From: Paragordius varius
Lineage: Eukaryota; Animalia; Nematomorpha
Length of the DNA: 64,000 nt
Assembly: GCA_964247055.1 (NCBI GenBank)
Contig: OZ176057.1
Span: 5,828,001-5,892,000, forward strand
Direction of reading: 5' to 3'
Position numbers and translations under genes: made by a program. This document shows, one piece after another, positions 50,802-62,150 of this stretch; positions within the stretch are counted from its first letter, which is position 1; each line of letters begins with the position of its first letter. The notes beneath the pieces are model-generated. The model was not told the DNA's origin and made no database searches. It saw only the letters and a program-made list of their open reading frames with translations.

Positions 50802-53800
50802 ATGCTATTTTACATAGTAATTTTACAAGTTGTTTTAGTTAAAATATATTCTGCCACCCGAGGATCTATAAGTTTAGATGAGTTAACATTCGAAAAAGTT
50901 AGTATATTTTATAGTTACATTTTCAAATATTATGCAAAAAATCATATATTTTATCGCACTTTTATTACTTGCACTTATTATATTGTTCTCTCAAAATATC
51001 ATTTTAATGATCAGATTTTATTAGAAAGTGATATAATATTTATAATCTTTCAAATATTAGTTATAGTAGTAAAAAAATTTTGTTGTAAACTTTCTAAATC
51101 TTTATATTATAATTTTGTATCGATAGGATGTTTTCTCTTAATTGGGTTTCATATTTTATGATAAAACCTTTAAAGTTAATTTTATGTCTAAAATTTGCAC
51201 ATATCCAATTATCTATTTTAAAAATCCGTAAAACGCATATACTCTGAAGATACAGTATTAGTTAAAATTATAAAGGCAAAACGTAAAAATTAAAAATTGT
51301 TTTCATTAAGACCATAATATTTTATTGAACTTATTTATATTATAAAAATCGTTTGGTTTGGCGAAATAAGAAAAATAAAAGCGTATATTGTTCAATTTTA
51401 AATATTACCATTGTAAAAACTACTTATAATATCTATTTTTAATTACCGTTTCTCCTCTCCACACATTAAAACAAATTTTTTTTTGTTCAGCGATTATTGC
51501 AATCGTTTGTAATTTTGATTGTTTCGATTTATATCTATAATCCTTATTTTGCTAAAATAAGTCATACATATTTAAGCGATTAATTAAAATAAAAAAATTT
51601 TATACATTAACGTTTTACAATCTTACTAAATTTAAGAAATATTTTTACTCAAACACTAGGTTTTACAATTTTTTTGGTCATTTATTGCAATTGTTTGTAT
51701 ATATTTGATTGTTTCGATTCGTAAATATATATATCTTTATCCTTTACTAAAATAAGTCATACATATTTAAGAGATTAATTAAAATGTAACAACTTTGTAC
51801 ATTAACGTTTTATAATCTTAAGAAATTTAAGAAATATTTTTCACTCACACACCATAGGTTTTACTCAAATTTCCTAATGCCCTGGTAAAATTTGATACGG
51901 CTTACCCGTACGGGGAAAAGGAGGATGAATTCACGCAATTAGCCCAAGCTTGCGCCCCAACCAAAAATTTAATTGTGGCTCATGTCGGAATTACCGGTCT
52001 TTTAAAAAAATTTTTTTGAATATTTGATTTGAGTTGAGTTTTTGAAAGTTTTTAAAAAAATTTACAAAAATTTATTTTTGCAATAACTTTATCATACTTT
52101 TTTGACACTTCGATTAAAATTGGGGTATCTAAATAGCTCAGACTTAATTAAAAACTACTGAAGGAAACGGTACCAATTTAAACTTATGATTCTATCCTAA
52201 TGAAAACTATATAGATACGTCAAAATATCTAAATAAATTTTTTTTTGCCATAAGAAAGTTCCATATCAAACTACTTTGACGCCACATTTTATTTTGCAAA
52301 ATATCGTCTTCATGTAATTGCAAAGGTAAAAAATTAAAGCTAATTTTTTACCTTTAAAATTACATCTATAACATTGATAAAAATTAAAAAAATGGTTTAT
52401 TTTGTGTTATATTTTGCAATTTTATTATTGCGCAGGCATTTCACGTTGACTAAATTTTCATTTTAGCTTAAAATAAGGAATATCAAGTATTTTTGATAAA
52501 ATTTTTTATATATTTCGGTTTATTAATGTTAGATAAGTGCAAAATTTTGCCATGGTTTCGATTCTTTCCATATTTTTTAAAGAATTGGATTTTAACAGGC
52601 CTGGGGTATTCAAATACCCCAATTGTAATCAAAGAACTACTAAAATGAATGTGTTGTATCCAAGTGTTAATGTAACTTTTTTTGCGGGTTTAAATGGCTT
52701 AAAAAGTTTTTATTTCCTAAAACAATGTTTTAATTTGTCAAAATTTGGAAAAATTTAACTAAGTGTTGATTGATTAGAAAAGTCTATATATTTAAAATAT
52801 GTTAAATTTAATTGGAAAAATGTTTGTTGAACAAAATGAAAAACTCTGTTTGAACGGAAAGTCTTGAATATACAGTAGCGTATGGCATAAAACATTATTA
52901 GTCCATAAAAGGATAAAAAAATACTTTTTTAAAAAAACAAGACTACTTATATAAACACATATCCATAATATCCCTTGTTTTTTTTAAAAAAGCATTTTTT
53001 TATTCTATTAGGGACTAATATGGTTTTATGCCATACGCTACTGTATGTCAAAGCTAAGTTTGCAATTCGATTAAACCATAAATAGTTTTAATTAATGCAA
53101 AAAATTGCAAATCATAAATTTTGATCAAAAAAAATGTTGAATTTAATCATTAAAGTATTGAATATATAATTGAAAAGAAATTCGGATTTAAATTAAACAA
53201 AAGAGTTAAATATAACTTTAGTATTGATAGGTTTGGGAAAATGTTGATTAAATATTTCTATACATAGTTTTTGGGAAAAATATTGAATTTTAGATTTTGA
53301 ATTTAATTGAAAATCTTTGCTAAAAAATGTCACGTTTGATTGGAAAAATGTGAATTTACCATTTAAAAATGTTGGATTTTCAAATTTAATGATTAACTTG
53401 ACACTTTTTAAATCGATAATCTAGGAAAAAAAATACTTTTTTATAATTTTTTTACCCTTTACATAACAATTTAAAAGACTCAAATTACTTCTATTTAAGG
53501 TATTAGAAATTTCTAGATATTGTCTGTAGCTAAAAAAATGTTTGAATAATTAAATAAATAATTTTTATTATAACCCCCGTGAGAATGCCTGATCTATATC
53601 AGAAAATGCAATCATTTTATGAAATACCATTTACAATTCAAATTCACCCTTAAATTTAAAATCACCCTCGAACAATTTAAATTTACCCTTGAACAATTTA
53701 AATTCATCCTAAAAATAAATTATATGTTTTCAATCTAATAATATAACTCATTATTAGTATAAAATATATCTTTATGGCACATAGTTTATTATTTTTTCAG

Positions 53801-56800
53801 TATTATTTTAATTTAAAACAAAATTTTATTTTATATATATAAAATAAGGTAATTTTTTAATCTTAAAAAACACGTTATTTATTTGAGGGTGAATTTGAAT
53901 TGTAAATGGTATAACATTAAATAAAACTAACCTTTGAATTAAAAGACAAATATGGGTGAAAAATTAGAAAAAAAAATTTTCGTTTGAAATTAAAAATTAA
54001 GTTATCCTATAAAAATTTACTGTTTCTTGCATATTTTATTAATATTATTAATCTTTCAAAATCATTTTAACTAACCACTTTATAAATTAGTTTAAGTTTT
54101 TTTTATTTTAAACTTTAAAAAAAAGTTTTTTATTTAAAACTTTTAAAAATTCATAGATTATGGAAAAAAAGAAAATCAAATCTTAGCCAACAAATATAAG
54201 ATAAGTAAGGATGATTTTCCAACCTACATACTATTCAAAGATTACATGAAATATCAATTCAAATGTTCTAACGGAACTTTTAAAGCTGATGAATTGAAAG
54301 AATTTATCTTGAAACATATAAGTAAGATTATTTTATAATAAAATTTTATTAAGTTTTGAAACTTTAGAATTTATATTTATTAAGGATTTTGGATTTTGGG
54401 TTTTGCGAGGTAATTTGGATTATTTAAGATTTTCAAATTTTTCGAGATTTTTGAAATTTTATTCTTAAACTTATAAGTATATTTTTATAATATTTCACAG
54501 TTTTAGTTTTTATCCTGAAACATATAAGTAAAAAGTTTAAATTAATATATATTTTCACAGTTTTAGTTTTTTAAAACAAATCTAAATTTATATTTAGTTT
54601 GGATTTTTCGAGGTAATTTGGATTATTGAAGATTTTCAAATTTTTCGAGATTTTTGAAATTTTAGTATCCTTAAACTTATAAGTAAATTTTTATGATATT
54701 TCACAGTTTTAGTTTTTATCCTGAAATATATAAGTAAGATTATTTTAATTAAATTTCACAGTTTAGTTTTAGTTTTAAACTAATCTAAATTTATATTTAT
54801 TTGGATTTTTTGAGATATTTGAAAGTTTTGAGATAATAAATCCTTTGAATATTTTAAGTTTTAAAACTAATATATATTTATTTTGGATTTTGGGTTTTTC
54901 TAGATTTTTTGTAATATTAAGTTTTCGAGATTTTTGAAATTTTAGATAATAAATCCTTTGAATATTTTCTTAAACATATAAGTAAGATTATTTTATAAAA
55001 TTTTAGTTCAGTTTTAGTTTTAAAACTAATCTTAATTTATATCTATTTTGGATTTTGGGTTTTTCTAGATTTTTTGGATTTTTTGAGGTAATTTGGATTA
55101 TTTAAGATTTTCAAATTTTTCGAGATTTTTGAAATTTTAGTATCCTTAAACTTATAAGTATATTTTTATGATATTTCACAGTTTTAGTTTTTATCCTGAA
55201 ACATATAAGTAAAAATTGTTTAAATTAATATTAAATTTTAGTTCAGTTTTAGTTTTGAAAAACTAATCTAAATTTATATAGGATTTTGGAAATTTGAAGT
55301 AATTGGATTATTTAGGAATTTCAAATTTTTAAAGATTTTTGAAATTTTAGTTAATAAATCCCTTTATATTCTTAAAGATATAAATAAAAGGTTTAAATTA
55401 ATATAAAATTTTACAGTTTTAGTTTTACAAAACTAATCTAAATTTTTATTTATTTTGGATTTTGGGTTTTTTAGATTTTTCAAGATATTTTTAAATTTTA
55501 GATAATAAATCCTTCGAATATATTCTTAAGTCGCCAATGGAGGCTTATTTTAATATTTCAGTTTCAGTTTTAAAACTAATCTAAATTTATATTTATTTGG
55601 GTTTTTCAAGATTTTTGCAGATATTTTAAATTTTAGATTAAGATTTTCAAATTTTTCGAGATTTTTGAAATTTTAGATAATCCTTTAAATATATTGTTAA
55701 GTCGCCGATAAAGGCTTATTTTATAAAATTTTAGTTCAGTTTTTTTAAATTAATCTAAATTTAAATTTATTGAATATTTCTTGATTTCTTCAAGATACTT
55801 TGAAAGTTTTGAAGTATTGAGATATAGTTTTAGAAATATATCCTTTAAATATTTTAATAAAATTTTACAGTTTTAGTTTTTTGAAACTAATCTAAATTAT
55901 TGGATTTTTCGAGATTTTTGAAATTTTAGATAATAAATTTTTTGAATATATCCTGAAACATATAAGTAAAAAGTTTAAATTAATATAGAATTTTATAGTT
56001 TTAGTTTTAAAACTAATCTGAATTTATATTTATTTGGATTTTGGGTTTTCGAGATATTTTTACAGATAGTTTGAAAGTTTTGAAGTATTTAGATAATAAA
56101 GGTTTTAAATTTATAATCGCCAAAGTAAGCTTATTTGAAACATATAAGTAAAAACTTTTGAATTTATATAAAATTTTAGTTCAGTTTTAGTTTTTTGAAA
56201 CTAATCTAAATTTATATTGGATTTTGGAATTTGGGTTTTTCGAGATTTTTTCAAAATAGTTTAAAAGTTTTTAGATATAGTTTTAGATAAAAAAGCTTTA
56301 AATTTATTCTTAAGTCGCCAATAGAGGCTTATTTTAATAAAATTTCAGTTTAGTTTAAAACTCTAGAAAATATACTTTAGATTGGATTTTGGATTTTAGG
56401 TTTTTGCAAATATTTTGAAATTTTTAGACATTTTTGAAATTTTAGATAATAAATCCTTTGAATATATTCTTAAGTCGCCAATAAAGGCTTATTTATAATA
56501 AAATTTTAGTTCAGTTTTAGTTTTTTGAAACTAATCTAAATTTATATTTATTTTGAATTCTAGATTTTTCGATTTTTTAAGATTTTTTGAGGTAATTTGG
56601 ATTATTTAAGATTTTCAAATTTTTCGAGATTTTTGAAATTTTAGTTATTAAATCCTTTAAATATATCTATAAACTTATAAATATATTTTTATAATTCACA
56701 GTTTTAGTTTTTATCCTTAAACATATAAGTAGGCTTATTTTAATAAAATTTCACACTTTTAGTTTTTTAAACTAATCTAAATTTATATTTATTTTGGATT

Positions 56801-57767
56801 TTGGGTTTTTCTAGATTTTTGAAATTTTAGATAATAAATCCTTTGAATATATTCTTAAGTCGCCAATAGAGGCTTATTTTAATAAAATTTCACAGTTTTA
56901 GTTTTAAAATACTAATCTAAATTTATATTTATTTCGGATTTTTTCGAGATTTTTAAATTTTTATGAATAGATACTTAAGTCTTCAATGAATGCTTATTTT
57001 ATAAAATTTCACAGTTTTAGTTTTAAAAAACTAATCTAAATTTATATTTATTTTGGATTTTTCGAGATTTTTGAAATTTTAGATAATAAATCCTTTGAAT
57101 ATATTCTTAAGTCGCCAATAGAGGGTTATTTTAATAAAATTTCACAGTTTTAGTTTTATAAAACTAATCTAAATTTATATTTATTGGATTTGGGATTTTG
57201 CGGGTTTTTGAAATTTTAGATAATAAATATTCCTTTAAATAGATACTTAAGTCGCCAATAGAGGCTTATTTTAATAAAATTTCACAGTTTTAGTTTTAAA
57301 ACTAATCTAAATTTATATTGGATTTTTTGATATTTTATGAGATAATTTTAGATAATCTGGATTTTTAGGATATTTTGATTTTTTTCTGATAATTTTAGAT
57401 ATAAAGCTTGAAATTTATATTTAAGTCGCCAATAAAGGCTTATTTTAAAAAAATTTGAGTTTAGTTTTAAAATCTCTAAAAAATATATATTATTCTATCA
57501 AAGTTTTGAATATTTTAATACATATTTTTGAGATAATTTTAGATATTAAATCCATTAAATTTAAGCTTTAGTCGGCAATTGATGCTTATTTTAATAAAAT
57601 TTCAGTTTCCAAAAAATATAATTTTATATAAATATTTCTATTTTTTGCATTTTTTGAAATAATATTAAATATATTTCATATTTTTAATATTTTTAAATAT
57701 ATCCTTAACTGGATGAATAATTTAATCTTTTTATTTTTTGAATTTTATTTTTATAAAAACAATTGGT

Positions 57768-57799
<32 letters not shown>

Positions 57800-59541
57800 T
57801 CTATTTTAACATTTCAAAATTAAAGTTTTTATTTGTTACTGTAAAAATTTTCAGTTTATTTTTTAAAAAACTACTTTATATTTTTGAGAAATTAATTAAT
57901 TGTATATTATAAAATCCAATCATTTAAAAGAAAATCAAGGTTGTCCTTATTTTTAAAAATTTAGATTTTTTACTTTTTATTTTTTACTATTTTTTTTATA
58001 TAATGTCCTTATTTTTAAAAATATTTAAACATAACTTTTTTTAATTTTTTTGCATTTATAAAATGTCCTTATTTTAAAAATACTTTTTTACTCATTTTTA
58101 TAATTTAAAATTTTATATATATATTATATTTTAAAACCTTCTTAAATTAAAAAATTAAGGTTGTCTAAATTTTTTTTAATATTCATATTTTACTCATTTT
58201 TATATAATTTCAAAATATTTTATTTACATTTTATAATTTTATATTTTTTTACATTTATATATAAAAAAAATATTTTTTTTTACATAAAAAAATTAATTCA
58301 GATGTGTGGATTGGTCTTTCAGGGTGCATTCAAGAATTTAAATACTTTTTTTTCCTCATTTTATATAATATCAAAATATTTTTTTTATAATTTAAAATTT
58401 ATATTTTTATGAAAAAAATATTCATATTTTACATTTTTTATTATTTAAAATATTCACTATTTAAATACTTAAGTTATATAATTTGCATTTATGAAAAAAA
58501 TATTTTTAAAAAATATTCAGATTTTTTACTTTTTTTACTCATTTTATTTTATATAATATATATTTTTTTTCAATTTAAAATTTATATTTTTATGAAAAAA
58601 AAATTATTTATATTTTATATTTTTAAAATTTTACTTATTTTATATTATTTATAAAATATTTTTATTTTACATAAAAAAATTAACCTAGATGTGTGGATTG
58701 GTCTTTCAGGGTGCATTCAAGAATTCAAATACTTTTTTTACTCATTTTTATATAATTTCAAAAAAAAATTTTTATAAATTAAAATTTTTTACATTTATAT
58801 ATAAAAAAATTATTTATATTTTACATATTTTTATAAAAAAATTATTCATATTTTAAATACTTAAGTTATATATTTTGCATTTATGAAAAAAAATATTTTT
58901 AAAAAATATTCAGATTTTTTGCTTTTTTTTATAATTTAAAATTTTATATATATATATTACATTTTATAATTTAAAATATTTTTTTAAATAATTTAAAATT
59001 TTTTACATTTATATAAAAAAAAATTATTTTTATTTTACATTTTTTATAATTTAAAATTTTGAATTTTAATAAAAAAAATTAAAAATTAACCCAGATGTGT
59101 GGATTGGCCTTTCAGGGTGCCTTGAAGAATTCGAATACTTGTTTTTACTAATTTTATTAATAATATCAAAATATTTTTTTATAATTTAAAATTATTTATA
59201 TATATATATAAAAAAAATTTTTTTTATAATTTAAATTTTTTATATTTATAATATTCACTATTTAAATACTTAAATTATATATTTTGCATTTATGAAAAAA
59301 AATTTTTTTAAAAAATATTCAGATTTTTTACTTTTTTTTATAATTTTATTTTATATAATTTCAAAATATTTTTTTTTATAATTTAAAATTTTTTACATTT
59401 ATATATAAAAAAAATATTCATATAATACATTTTATAATTTAAAATAATCACTATTTAAATACTTAAATTATATATTTTGCATTTATGAAAAAAAATATTT
59501 TTAAAAAATATTCAGATTTTTTACTTTTTTTTATAATTTAA

Positions 59542-59591
<50 letters not shown>

Positions 59592-59739
59592 TTTTTTTTA
59601 TAATTTAAAATAACATTTATTTATAAAAAAATTAAAAATTAACCCAGATGTATGGACTGGTCTTTCAGGGTGCATTCAAAAATTCGAATACTTTTTTTAC
59701 TTATTTTATATATTTTAAAAATTTTTTTTATAATTTTAT

Positions 59740-59770
<31 letters not shown>

Positions 59771-61050
59771 AAATATTTATAATTTACATATTTTTTTTAC
59801 ATTTTATAATTTAAAATTTTTTACATATTTTTATTTTTAAAAATATTCAGATTTTTTACTTTTTTTACATTTTATTTTATATAATATATATTATATTTTA
59901 AAACCTTCTGAAATTTAATATTCATATTTTCATTTTATTTAATTTCAAAATTTTTTTTTTTTAAATTTATATTTTTATGAAAAATTTTTCATATTTAATT
60001 TATTTAAAATTTTGAAATTTTTTTAAAAAAAAATTAATTAACCTAGATGTGTGGATTGGTCTTTCAGGGTGCCTTAAAGAATTTGATAAATTTTTTTACT
60101 CATTTTTATATAATTTAAAAATCATTTTTTTATTTTATATGTTATAATATAAAATAAATTATTTATACTTATTTATAAAAAAATTATTCATATAATTTAT
60201 ATTATTTTTTATAATTTAAAAATATTCAGATTTTTTACTTTTTTTAACATTATATATTATATTTTGAAACCTTCTTAAATTTAATATTCATATTTTATTT
60301 TATTAATAAAAAAAATATTTTTTTACATTTATATATAAAAAAATTATTTATATTTTACATTTTTTAAATTTTATTTATTTTATAAAAAAAAATATTTTTT
60401 TTTTAAAAAAATTAATTCAGATGTGTGGATTGGTCTTTCAGGGTGCATTCAAGAATTCGAATATTTTTTTTACTCATTTTTATATTATTTCAAAATTTTC
60501 TATATTATTTAAATTTTTTTTTATAATTTAAATGATTAAAATTTAATTTTTTTATATTTTTATTAAAAAATTATCCATATTTTACAAAAATATTAACTTG
60601 GCGGCCTGTGCATTCAAGAATTCAAATACTTTTTTTTTACTCAATTTTATAATTTCAAAATATTTTTTATATTTTATATATTATATATATATAAAAAAAA
60701 TTATTTAAATTTTACATTTTTTATAATTAAAAATATTCACTATTTTAATACTTAAATTATATATTTTTATTGTTAAAAATATTAAGATTTTTTACTACAT
60801 TTTATTTTAAATTTTTTATATTGAAATTTTTATAAAAAAAATTTAATTCATATTTTAAATTTTTTTTATAATTTAAAAATATTTTTTTTATAAAAAAAAT
60901 TAAAAATTAACCCAGACGTGTGGATTGGTCTTTCAGGGTGCATTCAAGAATTTGATAAATTAGCTCAAACATTTGCACTTGAAACAAGTGTGGAAAAACG
61001 GAAAGAAATTATTACATTAGCTCAGAACAGAAAATCTAAATTTCAAAATG
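50802..61050 (+). CDS. ERP29: Endoplasmic reticulum resident protein 29 (windbeutel homolog), exons 1-4; remainder lies beyond the window
   Basis: Exons 50802-50897 (signal peptide, GSISLDELTFEK), 51858-51996 (VKFDTAYPYGEKEDEF...VAHVGIT), 54157-54321 (DYGKKENQILANKYKISKDDFPTYILF...FILKHI), 60916-61050 (NVWIGLSGCIQEFDKLAQTF...). Phases 0/1/1/1 are consistent. No stop or ER-retention signal was found before 64000. Confidence 0.93.
51490..51866 (+). repeat. Tandem duplication of the ERp29 intron-1 3' end including the acceptor
   Basis: Two units of about 180 bp. The first ends aaacactag|gttttac (AG 51658-51659), mirroring the real accatag|gttttac (AG 51856-51857). Confidence 0.8.
52106..52666 (+). 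mobile_element. Non-autonomous piggyBac-like element, copy 3 (ERp29 intron 2)
   Basis: Homologous to 30458-31035; right flank TTAA, left flank mutated to TTGA. Confidence 0.78.
52873..53043. mobile_element. Short foldback MITE (TA-CAGTAGCGTATGGCATAAAAC...), Tc1/mariner-type ends
   Basis: Near-complete palindrome with CAGT...ACTG ends and TA flanks; single copy in the window. Confidence 0.8.
54322..57620 (+). repeat. Degenerate tandem array (units of about 150-210 bp) derived from the ERp29 exon-3 end and intron-3 start
   Basis: Recurrent aaacatataa|gtaa (copy of the real donor at 54321/54322) with donors at 54528, 54734, 54982, 55209, 55966, 56148, 56729. Other units carry cttaagtcgccaatagaggcttatttt at the homologous position. 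Confidence 0.88.
57900..60915 (+). repeat. Degenerate tandem array (about 390-bp period) derived from the ERp29 intron-3 end and exon-4 start
   Basis: ag|atgtgtggattggtctttcagggtgcattcaagaatt copies start at 58302, 58689, 59095, 59648, 60047, 60421, with a partial copy near 60608; the real exon starts at 60916. Confidence 0.92.
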
Positions 61051-61071
61051 GTAGATTTTATTTCTAAAAAA

Positions 61072-62150
61072 ATAAAATTATACGGACAAAACGATGATAA
61101 AAATATAAAGACAAATATCTTTTTTTGGTGTTTCTTAAAGTCTAACCTTTTGTTTAAAAATTTAATTTTTCCTTTGAACTGGTCAAATTCGCCCTTCAAT
61201 AATTCAAATTTACCCTTGAACAATTTAAATTTATTCTTAAACAATCTAAATTCACCCTTTAATAATTCAAATTTACCCTTGAACTATTCAAATTTACCCT
61301 TGGAAAATTCAAATTCACCCTTGAACATTTGAACAATTCAAATTCATTCTTAAACAATTCAAATTCACCCTTGATTTCAAATTCACCCTTGAACAATTTA
61401 AATTTACCCTTGAACAATTTATAACCCTTAAACTATTGATCACCCTTGAACAATTCAAATTCACCCTTGAACAATTCAAATCGCCCTTGAACAATTTAAA
61501 TTTACCCTTAAACAAATTAAATTCGCCTTTGAAAAATTTAAATTTATTCTTAAACAATTCAAATTCACCCTTAAACAATTTAATTTACCCTTGAACAATT
61601 CAAATTCACCCCCTTGAACAATTCAAATTCACCCTTGAATAATTCAAATTTACCCTTGAAAGGTTTAAATTCACCCTAAAATAAATTATGTGAGCTAATA
61701 TAACTCATTGATGATATAAATTATATTTTTATGGCATAGTTTATTATTTGTTTCAGTATTATATTAATATTAAACATTTTATTTTTTAAAAATATAAAAA
61801 TATAGGTATATTTTAAGATTAAAAAACACATAATTTATTTTTAGGGTGAATTTGAATCGTTCAAGGATGAATTTGAATTGTTTAAGGGTAAATTTATAAA
61901 TGATATATATATATATATATATATATATTATTTAAATTAAAATTGTTTTAAAATGTATAATTGATTGAATTATCTATACATTTCTCTACTTTGGAATTTC
62001 AAATAATAAGTAAGTTTTATGATTTAAATAAATCCCTAGAATTTGAAAAATAATATATGGGGTTGGTTGTCTTTTTTATAAAAAATATATTTGTCTTTAT
62101 AATTTTACGTCGTTTTGTCTGTAGTTAGTATAATTTTAATTTTTACTGTA
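61072..62150. mobile_element. MITE-A with nested MITE-B whose 21-nt repeat is expanded to about 25 units (about 61150-61680)
   Basis: MITE-A left end (attatacggacaaaacg) at about 61075 and right end at about 62090-62150, with the array and MITE-B body between. Confidence 0.8.

Noticed and set aside
58161-58654. Hydrophobic F/I/Y/K-rich ORFs (also 6858, 11598, 12990, 27146, 27817, 33501, 38325, 47505, 52537)
   Set aside because: Composition is what AT-rich repeats and MITEs give by chance; many start at non-ATG codons or lie within repeats.
58302-60960. Conserved 37-nt repeats separated by variable sequence, superficially CRISPR-like
   Set aside because: The spacing is 370-550 nt, the spacers are homologous to each other, the repeat is the start of ERp29 exon 4, and the context is eukaryotic with no cas genes.
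61017-61578. ORFs 61017-61244, 61048-61332, 61315-61578 (also 15407-15604, 41362-41583, 48924-49109) with 7-aa repeats such as NLNCSRV
   Set aside because: They are translations of the 21-nt MITE-B repeat, which is stop-free in some frames.
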